A program made the position numbers and the translations under genes. Shown here piece after piece: positions 1 through 10,117 of a stretch of 64,000 bases of DNA (position 1 is its first letter; each line of letters opens with the position of its first letter). The stretch is from an uncultured Thermoleophilia bacterium (GTDB taxonomy: Bacteria; Actinomycetota; Thermoleophilia; Solirubrobacterales; 70-9). The notes below the pieces were generated by a model. That model did not search any database, was not told the origin of the DNA, and saw nothing but the letters and a program-made list of their open reading frames with translations. The DNA is taken from assembly GCA_963838145.1 (NCBI GenBank), contig CAWIPX010000005.1, positions 18,195-82,194 of the forward strand, written 5' to 3'.

Positions 1-1028
1 AGCTCCCCGGTCCCCCAACACGACACGTACAGCCAGCGATCGTCGACCGAGAGGTCGATGTCGGTGACGAGTGGTGGAACCGCGCCGAAGGGCTGGAGCG
101 CCGGCGGGAGCTGGTCGGTCTCGGCGGGCTCGGCCGGGATCGTGATCACCTTGTTTGCGGTCCAGCGGCCGTCCTCGCGGTTCCACAGCCACACCGACGC
201 GGACAAATCCTCGACGCTGATCACCACTCCGACGAAGCCCCAGGTCTTCCGGGGGTCGTGAGCGGGCCTCACCTCGAGCACCATCTGGTGCTCGTCGCCC
301 AAGTCGACGCGCTGGATCAGCTTGCCCTCGGAGAGGCTCCAGAAGTCGAGGTGGTGGCCGAAGCGCTTACCCAGCAGGTCCTCAGGGTTCAACCCGTCCT
401 CGATCATCGACGGGGTCGCCCACTCCGAGGTGATGGCGACGTCCTCGTTCAGGTGCCACCAGACGTCGTATGCGAAGTACTGGTCGCCACGATCGGTCTC
501 CCAGGCGCCGGTGACCTCGAAGGTGTCGTGGTCGATCAGCGCTACCCCGCCCGGGCCGTCACCGCCGTCGGCGGCGCCCAGGTTGGACATGAAGATCCCG
601 CCGGGTCCGCAGTGCACGGTGTGGGGGCGGGAGTAGCCCGCCTTCTTGGCGAGCTCCTCGGGCTCGATCGTGCGCACGACCTGCGGCTGGCGGGGATCGG
701 GCCGGTGTCGAGCACGTAGGTTCGCGACGAGCGCAGACCCGGCACGATCAGATAGCGGCGCTCGAGCGCGCCATCGTGGCCCTCGTGACACAGAGCGCTG
801 GAGCACGCGTTCCAGCCGAAGTGATGCAACTCATTGCCAGCGGTCGGAAGCTCGGTCCAGCCGACCACCTCGCCGAAGCTGTCCGACCCGGGGTCGCAGT
901 CGATCACCGTCATGGCGTCGCGCTGCTCGCCAGCTGGATCGAACGCGGCGACGTAGGCGAGCTTCTCGGACGGAGCCTCGATGGCCGGCGGGCGACCGGT
1001 AGAAAGTCGGATCCGTGCCCTCGGGCAT
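1..1028 (-). CDS. Selenium-binding protein / methanethiol oxidase family (SBP56). N-terminal ~340 codons; the gene runs off the window start and its frame is broken twice.
   Basis: GGAGGAGG lies just upstream of ATG 1028. Motifs: MPEGTDPTFYRSP, EKLAYVAAFDP, HHFGWNACSSALCH, then in other frames HTVHCGPGGIFMSNLG, YFAYDVWWH, LYVSCWGTGEL. Frame changes near 990 and 697 (ccg(g)at, a G run one base short). Confidence 0.8.
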
Positions 1029-1265
1029 TGGGACCTCCTCCCAGAGAACGTCGACGAGAACTCAATATACACCCGCCCCTGAGGCGCCTTTGACCCCCTG
1101 ACCGGCCGTGGCCCGCTGCCTCAGACGTCCTTCACGAACGGGGGGGCTGAATCGGCGGCCTAGCGTGTCCACGGCTCAGCGTCACGTAGGTCTCAGCACC
1201 ACACGTGATCGAGGGGCCCGGGCGACCGGGCTCTCGTGCGTTGCGGGGGCATTTAGGCTGCCCCG

Positions 1266-2158
1266 ATGAGTCGTGCGGGCTCGATCGTCAAGCGCACGCT
1301 GGTGTCCTTTTACGACGACCAGATGACCCATCACGCCGCAGCGCTGACCTACTACTCGCTGATGTCGCTGTTTCCAGCCCTTCTACTGGCGCTGTCGCTG
1401 CTCGGGCTGCTGGGCCAGTACCCCGAGACCTACGACGCGATTCTCAACTATCTGCGCGACGTCGCTCCCGAATCGGTGGTGGCACCGCTCGACGACTCGC
1501 TGCGCACGGCGCTGCAGAGCAAGGGCACGGCGGCGACCACGCTCGCGATCAGCGTCGTGATCGCCTTCTACGGCGCCACCGGGGTGCTCGAGGCTGCCCG
1601 CCGGGCGCTCAACGTCGTCTTCGAGGTCGAAAGCGGCCGCAGCTTTCTGAGCCGCAAGCTGACCGATGTTGCGTTGACCGTCGTGCTCATGGTGCTCGTG
1701 CTCGTCACCCTGATCATGGTTCTGGTCGGCGGCCGGGTTCGCCGAGGACCTGCTGGGGTTTATCGGGTTCGGCTCGACCGCCGCCGAGATCTGGAGCATC
1801 GTGCGCTGGCCCGGCGGCGGTGTGCGGTCGCGATGCTCGTGTTCTCCTTTATCTACTACGTGACCCCCGACGTTAAGCAGCGCTCGTTTCGCTGGGTGGC
1901 GCCCGGGGGCGGCGGTCGGCGTTGCGCTGTGGCTGAGCGCGTCGTTCGGCCTGTCGATCTACATCTCGAGAGATCGCCGACGTCGGTGCCGCCTACGGTG
2001 CCTTCGCGGCCCCGATCGTGCTCGTGGGGTGGCTATGGCTAAGCAACGTTGCGCTGCTGTTCGGCGCCGAGCTCAACGCCGAGATCGAGCGCGACCGAGA
2101 GCTGGAAGAAGATATTAAGGAGTGCGAGACGCTGAACCGGCCCGCCCGGACGCACTGA
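1266..2158 (+). CDS. YihY/BrkB (ribonuclease BN-like) family membrane protein, frameshifted
   Basis: Motifs: HHAAALTYYSLMSLFPALLLA, LAISVVIAFYGATGVLEAARRALNVVFEV, then in other frames FSFIYYVTPDVKQRSFRWV and WLWLSNVALLFGAELNAEIERDRE. Stop TGA at 2156-2158. Confidence 0.75.
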
Positions 2159-2396
2159 GTCCAGATCGCCCGAGGCATGCGTCGAATCGTCCGAAATGGA
2201 CGATGACCGGTCACCCCTCGGGTGCCAGTCTGCATGACGTCGGAAACGGTCGACAAAAGAGAGGAAAATGGCCGTATCGCAGAAGTTGGAAGGTCCCGCC
2301 GGCTCGCGGCGCTGCGTGAGCAGGGCGGACCGGATCGCAGCATGACCGGCGCGCGGCGGATCTGCCTGGCAGACCGCCGATCCGCCGCGCCAGCCT

Positions 2397-3265
2397 GTGC
2401 TCCTCGTCAATCCCAGGTCCGGCGGCGGCACCGCCCGCCGCGCGGGACTCGTCGAGCGGGCACGCGAGCATGGGATCGACGCCCTGGAGCTGGGCCCGGG
2501 CACGGAGGCTCGCGAGCGCTGATCGAGGAGGCCCTGGACCACGGCGCGGACGCGCTGGGGATGGCGGGAGGCGACGGCTCGGATGGCGGCCGTCGCGGCG
2601 GCCGCCGCAGACGCGGGGCTTCCCCTTCGTTTGCGTGCCGGCGGGGACGCGCAACCACTTCGCCCGCGACCTGCGTCTCGACGCCGGCGACCCGGTCGCT
2701 GCTCTCAAAGCGTTCAGCGAGGGAGTCGAGGGCCGGATCGACCTGGGCGAGGTGGACGGCGGCGCCGTTCGTCAACTGCGTGTCACTGGGGGTCTACGCG
2801 GAGGCGGTCGCCCAGCCCGGCTATCGCGACGCGAAGCTGCAGACGTTGCTGGAGACCGCCCGCGCCGTCCTGGGGCCGAGCGGGCAGCCCCCCAACCTTC
2901 ATCTCGTCGACGGACAGGGCGGTGAGCACGAAGACCCCGCGATGGTGCTGGTGTCGAACAACCCATATGCCCTGGGTCGCCCGAGCCGGCGCGGCGGACG
3001 GCGAACGCTCGACAGCGGCCGTCTCGGGATTATCGTCATCGACGCGCCGGATGACCGCGGACGCCCTCCCGCTCCCGGCCACGCGGGATTCGCGTGGACC
3101 GCGGCGGCGCTGCGGATCCGCGCTGCGCGTGCGGTCCATGCGGGCGTCGACGGGGAGGCGGCGGAACTGACTCCGTCGCTGGAGTTCTCAATCCGCCCGC
3201 GTGCCCTGCGTGTCCGCATCCCGCGAGCGGCAGCGGTTGACCGCGGCCACCGCGACCGGCGCTAG
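2397..3265 (+). CDS. Diacylglycerol/lipid kinase (DAGK catalytic domain), frameshifted; start uncertain
   Basis: VLLVNPRSGGG at GTG 2397. Also GADALGMAGGDGS, PFVCVPAGTRNHFARDL and FVNCVSLGVYAEAV, spread over three frames. An in-frame ATG at 2268 with an RBS is separated from it by a TGA. Confidence 0.65.
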
Positions 3266-3735
3266 CGCCACCCCCACCGTCGATCCGGCGAGAACGTGCC
3301 CGGATAGTGCACGCCGGTGTGCACGCGGGAATACGCGACGATCGCGGCGAGGAACGTCAGAGCGATACCCGGGGCCGGCGCCGCGCTCGCGACGCCCGTG
3401 GCGAACGCAAACGCGGATGCCGAATGGCCAGACGGAAACGAGCGCGTGCGGGGCATCCTCACCCGGCGCGCGACCGGAAGCCGGTAGGCGACGCGTTCGG
3501 GGCGCCGCCGTCCGAACACCGGCTTGAGCACGATGTTGACGATCGCCGACGTCAGGCCGAGCGAGGCGGCGCCGTTGACCGCGGCGCGCCGGCCGGGCCG
3601 CCGGCGAGCGCGAGGGCGGCAGCGCTGCCCAGCCACAGCTTCGAGAAGTCCGCGGCCTGCGACAGCCGGCCGAGCGCCCGGCTCGCGCCGCGCGCGCGCG
3701 TGTCGGCGTCGCGGCTGTGAACCGCGGGCGTGCCC
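3262..3735 (-). CDS. PAP2 (type-2 phosphatidic acid phosphatase) family membrane protein, one frameshift; start approximate
   Basis: KPVFGRRRP ... PSGHSASAFAFA ... SRVHTGVHYP gives the three PAP2 motifs. The N-terminal part (LSQAADFSKLWLGSAAALALAG) is in another frame. Confidence 0.65.
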   Translation of the reverse strand, partial: GHARGSQPRRRHARARREPGARPAVAGRGLLEAVAGQRCRPRARRRPGRRAAVNGAASLGLTSAIVNIVLKPVFGRRRPERVAYRLPVARRVRMPRTRSFPSGHSASAFAFATGVASAAPAPGIALTFLAAIVAYSRVHTGVHYPGTFSPDRRWGWR

Positions 3736-4760
3736 GGCGAGCGAACGGCTGGCCGCAGCCTGGCGTCCAGCCGACGCGCTAGCTTCGAGCGCGTGCAGTG
3801 GCTCACTGAGGCGAGGCCGGATGAGCTGCGGCGTCTCGTGGCGGAAGGCGAATTCTTCTGGCTCGATCTCCTGCGCCCGCATCCCCAGCAGGTCGCGGAG
3901 CTCGAAGCCGCGATAGGCTTCGATTCCGCGGCCGGAGGACGCGCCCTCGACTTCGGCGGCACGCCGGAGCTGCGCCGCTACCACGGCCACGTAGGGCTCG
4001 TGTTCTACGGCGCCGGATCGCGCGCGGCCGGCGAGCCCACATTCGTCGAAGTCCACATCTACGTCAGCGGTGATTGGATCGTGACGGTCCGCGAGGCCGA
4101 GTGCGCCGAGCTGGACGAGGCGCGCGAGGACCTGGCGCGCGGTCACGAAACGCCCGAGGAAGCGGTCGTGGGCCGGGTCCTCACCGCTCTCGCGGACAGC
4201 CTCGAGCGTGTGCTCGAGCCCTTCGAGCGCGAGGTCGCGGACCTCGAGACGCGGGCTGTAGCCGCCGAGGAGGGAGAGCGCATCGAGACAGGAGAATGCG
4301 CGCGCTGCGACGCGAGATCCTTGACGATCGCCAGCGCCTCGAGGAGTGGCTGCGAGTGATGCGCCGCCAGCGCGACTACGTCGAGCGCGCGGCCTTCGAG
4401 CTTGCCGAGCTTCCCGGCCTCGAGCCGTCCCAGCATCACGAGATGCGCGACGTCTCAGGTCGGATGATCCGGGTCACGGACGGCCTCGACGACGCGCTCA
4501 TGCGGCTGGCCAACGTGGTCGATCTCCTGAACGCGAGCGTCTCGAACCGGGCGAACTCGACGATGGGGCGGCTGACCTACGTGGCTACGATCTTCCTCCC
4601 GCTCACCCTCGTCACGAGCTACTTCGGCCAGAACTTCGGCTGGATGGTGGACAGGGTCGACACTCTCGATGCCTTTCTCGTGTTCGGCGTCGGGGTGTTC
4701 CTGCTCTCCGGCCTGTGGATCTACCTATGGATACGGAGTTGGAGCGACGCCGTCGAGTAG
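3730..4760 (+). CDS. corA: CorA-family divalent cation transporter with a GQN signature in place of GMN; one frameshift near 4290
   Basis: The C-terminus MGRLTYVATIFLPLTLVTSYFGQNFGWMV is followed by a second TM helix. The N-terminal soluble domain is in the frame of ORF 3730..4359. An alternative start is GTG 3793. Confidence 0.75.
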
Positions 4761-4901
4761 CGCTCGGCGGCAACTCCGTTCGATGAGAAACCCGTGACCG
4801 TCCACCAGATTCCGACGATCGCGAGGAGGAAGCCGAGGATGTCCGTCGGCCCACGAAGGTCTTCTGCCGACCGTCCGGCAATCTGAGGAGCCTCGAGCAC
4901 G

Positions 4902-5423
4902 ATGGATCCGCGTTCGACGACTCGACCGGCGGATCGGCGCCCGCTGGTCGTTCGCACGAGCGCAAGCGCGACCGAGGGCATCTACGGGCTGATCCTCGCC
5001 ACGGCGGTGATCGCGGTCTCGCGGGAGTACGGCGAAGCCGACGCCGGGCGCGTCGCGTTGACGGTGCTGGTAACGGCGATGGTGTTCTCGCTGGCGCACC
5101 TCTTCGCGGCCCTGCTCGGCAGCGGCGTGTCAAAGAAACAGACGCTGACCAGAGCCGACGTGGTTCACGCGATTCGGGACCACTGGGCGCTCGTCGAGGT
5201 CGCCGTGCCGCTTATCGGCGTCCTAGGGCTCGGAGCGATCGGCGTCTTCCCCGACCACACCGCGCTCGTCGCGGCTACGGTCCTTGCACTCGTCGAGTTG
5301 GCCGCCGCGGGCGCCTATGCGGCGATCAGGCACGGGGCGGGCCCGCGCGGAACGATCCTCTCGGCCGCGTTCGCCCTGGCGCTCGGGCTCGCACTCGTGC
5401 TCCTGAAGACCCTCGTGCACTGA
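4902..5423 (+). CDS. Hypothetical integral membrane protein
   Basis: Intact 173-codon ORF with four or five hydrophobic helices and good third-position GC. No family recognised. Confidence 0.5.
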   Translation: MDPRSTTRPADRRPLVVRTSASATEGIYGLILATAVIAVSREYGEADAGRVALTVLVTAMVFSLAHLFAALLGSGVSKKQTLTRADVVHAIRDHWALVEVAVPLIGVLGLGAIGVFPDHTALVAATVLALVELAAAGAYAAIRHGAGPRGTILSAAFALALGLALVLLKTLVH

Positions 5424-5459
5424 CACGACAGGACTCGCGGCGAGCCGTTGCGGGGTCGC

Positions 5460-7406
5460 TCATCCCGTGTACTCGCGCAGCCGCTCGGCGAGGATGATCG
5501 GCGCCGCGGCCCCGATCAAGGCCAGGTGTGAGAAGGCCTGGGGAAAGTTGCCGAGGTGGCGGCCGGTGCCGGTGTCGAACTCTTCGGCGTAGAGCCCGAG
5601 CGAGGAAGCGACGCTCAGCAGGCGCTCCATCATGTCACGGGCGCGCTGCTCGGCACCGACGGTCGCCAGCGCCGAGACGAGCCAGAAGGAACAGATCAAG
5701 AAGCTGCCCTCCTTGCCCGAGAGGCCATCGTCGGTCTCGTCCGTGCGGTATCGGAGCACGAACCCATCCTCGGTGAGCTCGTCGGCGATCGCCTCGACCG
5801 AGCGTCGCAGGGTCTCGTCGTCTCCGGGCAGGAAGCCGAAGATCGCCGCCAGGAGGGTCGAGGCGTCGAGTGCGTCGGTTTCGTAGTGCTGGCGCAGGAC
5901 CCCGTCGCGCACCCCGTGCTCGAGGATGTCGGCTCGAATTTCCTTGGCGGTGGCGCGCCAGCTCGCCTCGAGCTCGGCGTCACCGGCGATCGCGCCCAGC
6001 CTTGCCGCCCGGTCGAGCGCGACCCAGCACATCAGCTTCGAAGAGACGTAGTGCCGCGGCGCACCACGCGCCTCCCAGATTCCCTGGTCGGGCTCGCGCC
6101 AGACCTTGGTCGCGCACTCGGCCTGCGCCTGGACGATCGGCCACAGCCGCCGCGGGAGCCGTTGGCTGCGCTGAGTGTGGAGCATGATCGAGTCCAAGAC
6201 TGCGCCGAAGACATCGTTCTGGCGCTGGTCGAAGGCGCCGTTGCCGATCCGCACCGGGCTCGCTCCGGCGTAGCCGGAGAGCTCGTCGCGGGTCGACTCG
6301 GTCAGGTCGCGCCGTCCGTCGATCCCGTACATGATTTGCAGCCCTTCGTCCTCATTCGCCTCGAGGTCGGCAACGAATTGCATGAACTCGTCCGCCTCCC
6401 AGTCGAGGTCCAGAAAGTGGAGCGCCTGCAGTGTGAATGTCGTGTCGCGCATCCACGTGAAGCGGTAGTCCCAATTGCGCTCGCCCCCGGGTGTCTCGGG
6501 GAGCGAGGTCGTGAGCGCCGCGACCGTGGCGCCGGTTGGCATGTAGGTGAGGCCCTTGATCGCCAGCGCCGAGCGCTGGATCTGCTCCCGCCAGCGATGG
6601 TCCGGCATCCGGGCCCGGGCGAGCCAGTCGCGCCAGAAGTGCGCCGTCGCGGCGAGCTTGGCGTTCGCCTCGTCGACGTCCTCGGGCGACGCCAGCTGCT
6701 CCGCCCACGAGAGCGAGCAGAAGACCTGCTCCCCCTGCTGGAGCACGTGCCGGGCCCGGACCCGGTCACCCTCGATCCCCAGCGGCATATCGGAGCGCAG
6801 GCGGATCGTCTGCCCGGCGCCGGTCGCGTCGGCGGTCCGCCGGTCGTCGCCGGTCAGGCTCCAGTCGGCGGGCACGCGGCCATAGTCGAAGGTCGGCTCG
6901 CAGACCAGCTCGAGTTCGACGCTCCCCTCGATGCATAGCGCGGTGCGCACGAGCAGATGCTCGCCGTCTTCGTCCGCCGGCGGCCGGGTGTGCGGTGTGA
7001 TCCGGTCCTCGCCCTGGCTCGGTCCCATGGTGAGCGCGTCGCGGATCAGCACCCAACCCGTCGGCGTGTGCCAAGTCGTCGCGACGATGTTCGTGCCCGG
7101 CTCGTAGATGCGGGCCGTTGGCACGTTGATCCCGAAGGGCCCGAAGCGGAAGACGCCGTTCTGGCGGTCGAGCAGGGCGCCGAAGACGCTCGGCGAGTCG
7201 AACCGGGGCACGCAGAGCCAGTCGACCGCGCCGTCGGGGGCGACCAGGGCGCCCGTGTGGCAGTTGGAGAGGAAGCCGTAATCGGCGATCGGCGGGAAGG
7301 ACGAGGGTGCCGCTGCGCTCTGGGGCGCAGGCGCGCCCGCCGGCTTGCTGTCTGTGAGTTCGTCGGGCGCCGGTTTCTCCACGCGCTTGGGCTTCGCAGC
7401 GCTCAT
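5460..7406 (-). CDS. Glycoside hydrolase family 15 (glucoamylase/trehalase-like)
   Basis: Intact ORF; I place the start at ATG 7406 (MSAAKPK). Motifs: IADYGFLSNCHTGALVAPDGAVDWLCVPRFDSPSVFGALLD, WDYRFTWMRDT, EGSFLICSFWLV. Confidence 0.85.
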   Translation of the reverse strand: MSAAKPKRVEKPAPDELTDSKPAGAPAPQSAAAPSSFPPIADYGFLSNCHTGALVAPDGAVDWLCVPRFDSPSVFGALLDRQNGVFRFGPFGINVPTARIYEPGTNIVATTWHTPTGWVLIRDALTMGPSQGEDRITPHTRPPADEDGEHLLVRTALCIEGSVELELVCEPTFDYGRVPADWSLTGDDRRTADATGAGQTIRLRSDMPLGIEGDRVRARHVLQQGEQVFCSLSWAEQLASPEDVDEANAKLAATAHFWRDWLARARMPDHRWREQIQRSALAIKGLTYMPTGATVAALTTSLPETPGGERNWDYRFTWMRDTTFTLQALHFLDLDWEADEFMQFVADLEANEDEGLQIMYGIDGRRDLTESTRDELSGYAGASPVRIGNGAFDQRQNDVFGAVLDSIMLHTQRSQRLPRRLWPIVQAQAECATKVWREPDQGIWEARGAPRHYVSSKLMCWVALDRAARLGAIAGDAELEASWRATAKEIRADILEHGVRDGVLRQHYETDALDASTLLAAIFGFLPGDDETLRRSVEAIADELTEDGFVLRYRTDETDDGLSGKEGSFLICSFWLVSALATVGAEQRARDMMERLLSVASSLGLYAEEFDTGTGRHLGNFPQAFSHLALIGAAAPIILAERLREYTG

Positions 7407-7561
7407 GACGCCACCCACGGCCCGTAGGCGCCATCGTCGCCCGGAAACAGGATCCCGAGCCAGAACATCGCGTAGTGGTCCTTGCGAAGAGTTGCCAGGC
7501 CGAGCACGGGAATGAACACGAAGTAGAGGACCGCGAGGGCTACCCAGAGAAACGTGGACAT
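7403..7561 (-). CDS. Small (52 aa) membrane protein, translationally coupled to the GH15 gene
   Basis: GGAGGGAG RBS precedes ATG 7561. MSTFLWVALAVLYFVFIPVLGLATL is a TM helix. Its stop overlaps the GH15 ATG (ATGA). Confidence 0.5.
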   Translation of the reverse strand: MSTFLWVALAVLYFVFIPVLGLATLRKDHYAMFWLGILFPGDDGAYGPWVAS

Positions 7562-7655
7562 TGGCTCCCTCCTTGAGGATCCGTTGCCCGCCCGCCTGGA
7601 CACGGTACTCCTCATCAAAGATCCAGGATGAGCGGCTGCGGGCACGTTCTTTGGC

Positions 7656-7703
7656 AATCGGGGCGACTGGATTTGAACCAGCGACCTTTCGGCCCCCAGC
7701 CGA
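7656..7703 (-). repeat. Partial copy of the 3' part of tRNA-Pro (anticodon stem to discriminator); att-like direct repeat
   Basis: 48 of 48 nt are identical to 9589-9636. Similarity stops abruptly on both sides. Confidence 0.85.
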
Positions 7704-8154
7704 CAGGTTCAGGGCGTGGATGTGTCCGTGAGCGTCCAGATCGTCCGATGCGTCCGGGCTTCTGGACGATCTGGACGGATCGGACGTATCGGTCGGTACC
7801 AAAGCGGTACTACGATGATTGAACCGCCCGGGCACTTTGTGCTCGACGGGCGGGGATGACGACCCTGGTGATCGCCCGAGCCGTCAACATCTTTGCGTAG
7901 CCGACCGCGAGTAGGCTGAGCTGTGGTGAGCGAGAAAGCTTCGCAACCGGATCACGCAACCTCCACGAGATCCCTTGTTGCGCCCCAGCGCGGAGCGCGG
8001 GACACCGCCCCAGCACGCTTTGGCGGTCGCCGCCAGCACCGCATGGAAATGAGCGCTTCCCCGAGTACGCCTGCTTCTCTCGCGTGGGACGCGCGAGCGA
8101 TGCGACCCCATCAACCTCCGCTTCGCGCCAGCCAGGACTAGCGCCACGCGGGTT

Positions 8155-8439
8155 CTATTCGTGTATGCCGTGACTCACGATCTCGGCCGCGCGCTCCTCC
8201 GGCTGGCCCGTAAAGCCCCCCTCGACGGGCATGCTCGGCAGCAGCGTGTCCTGGACGAAGCGGTCGGATTGCTCCTTGGACTCCCACACGGCGGCGATGA
8301 GGATGCCTCCGTCTGTCGGCCCAGCGGCGTGGTAGGTCTGTCCCTCGGGCAGACCTCCCGAAGGGTGCACCGCGGCAATGGTTGCCTTGTACTGATCCAC
8401 GGTCGCGCCCGGCCAGAAATGCGTCAACAGGTATGCCAT
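8155..8439 (-). CDS. Small hypothetical protein (94 aa), possibly a dimeric alpha/beta-barrel (ABM-like) fold
   Basis: AAGGAGG precedes ATG 8439. Intact ORF. The family call is only a guess from size and pattern. Confidence 0.55.
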   Translation of the reverse strand: MAYLLTHFWPGATVDQYKATIAAVHPSGGLPEGQTYHAAGPTDGGILIAAVWESKEQSDRFVQDTLLPSMPVEGGFTGQPEERAAEIVSHGIHE

Positions 8440-8532
8440 GTGGCCTCCTTCTCTTGGGTCAGGCGAGCCTAGTCGGTGACCCACGCAGTATCTCTCGGAC
8501 GAGTGCTGCTTTTCGTCCAAAGCGGCTAGCCG

Positions 8533-8796
8533 CTACTTGCCCTCGCTCAGAACGAGGAGCGTCTCCGGGTTGACGCCGTCGTACTTCATGGCATCCCCCG
8601 CGGCGTCGCTCTTCATGAGCTCCTGGAACGCCTCCATGTCCGGGATCTCAGCGATGAGCGCGGTCTTGTTGGATCCATTTGGGTCCGAGAAGGTCCGAAC
8701 AGTGACGCCAATTGGCCCGAATAGCTCTTCACGCTTCGGCGAGCTCAGCCAATGGTCGACATCGTCCACTTCATGGGTCATCACGTAGGTAGCCAT
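8533..8796 (-). CDS. Small hypothetical protein (87 aa)
   Basis: GAAAGGA precedes ATG 8796 (MATYVMTHEVDDVDHW...). The frame stays open upstream to 9057, so the start is uncertain. Confidence 0.5.
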   Translation of the reverse strand: MATYVMTHEVDDVDHWLSSPKREELFGPIGVTVRTFSDPNGSNKTALIAEIPDMEAFQELMKSDAAGDAMKYDGVNPETLLVLSEGK

Positions 8797-9209
8797 TGAG
8801 GCAGTCCTTTCGTCGCTTTGCAGAGCGGTCAGGTGTCCTGCTTTCTCAGTCGTGGGCGACACCCTGTTCCTCACCCGCCCGACGCTGGCCAGGAGGAGGT
8901 CCGGGCTGCCGAGCGGGGTAGGTAGCCCGACTCTGCTCGACACGTCCCGGCGATGCTCGATCCGCAGCAGCGGGCAGCCAGTCCTCGCGAATGGGCGGCC
9001 ACTCGAAACGGGGCCAGCGTCGGATCGACCGTCTCGACCTCGAACTCCACGTCGCACATACAGCCCTGCGACGACAAGCCCGGACCGACAGGTCGCGGGC
9101 CTCGCGCTCTCGATCGGTCATCGGTCAGTCCGGCTTGTGGTGGTGCGCGAGCGGTGGCGCCACGCCGCGGACCCGCTCGACGAACTCCAGCGCGGTGAGG
9201 GCACCCTGC

Positions 9210-9428
9210 TCATGGGCGAAGAGCAGCTGCAGGATGCGCACGTTCCTTGATCGCCTCCAGCTTTTCCTTGGCGTGGGCGATGCGCGGGCGCATCAGCGCG
9301 GCGAACGCCTCCCGCTCGGCCGTGGTGAGCGCCCACCACTCGATCGAGAACTCGAACTCCCACTCCTCGCCACGCTGACGCTTCGCCTCGGTGCGGTCGG
9401 CCAGGGCGACGATCTCGTCGTACGTCAT
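9210..9428 (-). CDS. Hypothetical protein; the reading frame probably continues to about 9127 after a frameshift
   Basis: MTYDEIVALADRTEAKRQRGEEWEFEF... After KEKLEAIKE, another frame reads NVRILQLLFAHEQGALTALEFVERV up to a TGA that overlaps the next ATG. Confidence 0.4.
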   Translation of the reverse strand: MTYDEIVALADRTEAKRQRGEEWEFEFSIEWWALTTAEREAFAALMRPRIAHAKEKLEAIKERAHPAAALRP

Positions 9429-9590
9429 GTGATCCTCCCTCTCGGGGTTGTCGTGTTCGCCCGTCGCTCCGCGGCCAGTCCGCGAGACACCGCAGGTGTC
9501 TCCCAGGTGTCTAGGTCCTTGCGGACTCTTGCGCGATCATGCGGGGTGGTGCGTGCCTGATCCAGGCGTGCCACGCACAAACCGTGAGAA

Positions 9591-9664
9591 TCGGGGCGAC
9601 TGGATTTGAACCAGCGACCTTTCGGCCCCCAGCCGAACGCGCTACCAGACTGCGCCACGCCCCG
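9591..9664 (-). tRNA. tRNA-Pro (anticodon GGG)
   Basis: CGGGGCG/CGCCCCG acceptor stem, anticodon arm TTCGG-CTGGGGG-CCGAA, T arm GCTGG-TTCAAAT-CCAGT, discriminator A. CCA is not encoded. Confidence 0.93.
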
Positions 9665-9694
9665 TGACGCTGGTCAGTCTATGCAGTTCCGACC

Positions 9695-9740
9695 GGTCGA
9701 CGGGACATCGACCCGCAAACGCTCGAGACTTGGAATTGCC
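9695..9740 (-). pseudogene. Decayed fragment resembling the anticodon arm and T arm of tRNA-Gly(UCC)
   Basis: The minus strand reads GGCAATTCCAAGTCTCGAGCGTTTGCGGGTCGATGTCCCG. The gene at 10118-10188 reads GAGCCTTCCAAGCTCTCGGTGGGGGTTCGAGTCCCTC. Similarity is about 70% with indels. Confidence 0.4.
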
Positions 9741-10117
9741 CGCGTGCAAAACCAAAGTCACAACACGCCCGCGAACGGGAGCCGAATCGAGAGATAGGTC
9801 ATGGCGGCCGGAGGGCGGACTAGCGCGTGACCATATCTCGCCAACCAGAAGCGAACCGAAAGTGCGGTTGTGCAATCAGGCACGTCTGGAAAGGACCGAG
9901 ACCTGTCCATACGAGGACCACCCCGCGTCGATTGCGCCGATACCGATCTCGTCCTGTCCGGGGGTGATCATCTTGGGGGCAGGGCTTCGAATCCGGGCTC
10001 GCCTTTAAGTTGGAGACCGCCCGCTTAGACCGGAGTGCCAAGTCGTCGCGCAACTCCCACCGCCGTCGGACCGCTTCCAGCGCAGCATCCGCGCGTTAGC
10101 TCGTCGAGCCGTGAAGC

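Larger units (their letters stand above)
7656..9636 (-). mobile_element. Remnant of a tRNA-Pro-targeted integrated element (about 1.9 kb, no integrase)
   Basis: Bounded by the 48-bp direct repeat. The interior holds only small or broken ORFs. Confidence 0.5.

Noticed and set aside
2268-2345. 25-codon ORF with a good RBS (GAGAGGAAA) upstream of the lipid kinase
   Set aside because: It is in the same frame as GTG 2397 but separated from it by a TGA. It could be the true N-terminus disturbed by indels, or a uORF. I cannot decide from the sequence, so I note it only under the kinase start.
4721-4900. Small minus-strand ORF with a TM-like segment (DILGFLLAIVGIWWTVTGF)
   Set aside because: It overlaps the corA 3' end by 40 nt. 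Its GTG would be back-to-back with ATG 4902, leaving no promoter space, and its third-position GC is only moderate. The support is not enough.
7704-8150. Possible remnant of a tyrosine integrase next to the partial tRNA-Pro
   Set aside because: One minus-strand frame gives SAHFHAVLAATAKACWGGVP and LAHHSSAYS, which faintly recall the HxLRHT...GV and LGHSS boxes. The catalytic Arg and His are absent, and the similarity is too weak to call without a profile search.
9665-10117. Possible tmRNA, RNase P RNA or SRP RNA between the two tRNAs
   Set aside because: GGATTCGAAG and GGAAAGGACC strings caught my eye. However, I found no tmRNA tag reading frame (..ALAA-stop) and no tRNA-like 3' end with a pairing acceptor. 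I also found no GAGGAAAGTCCGGGC / ACAGAACCCGGCTTA pair, and no GGAA-tetraloop SRP helix 8. I keep it only as an unexplained spacer.
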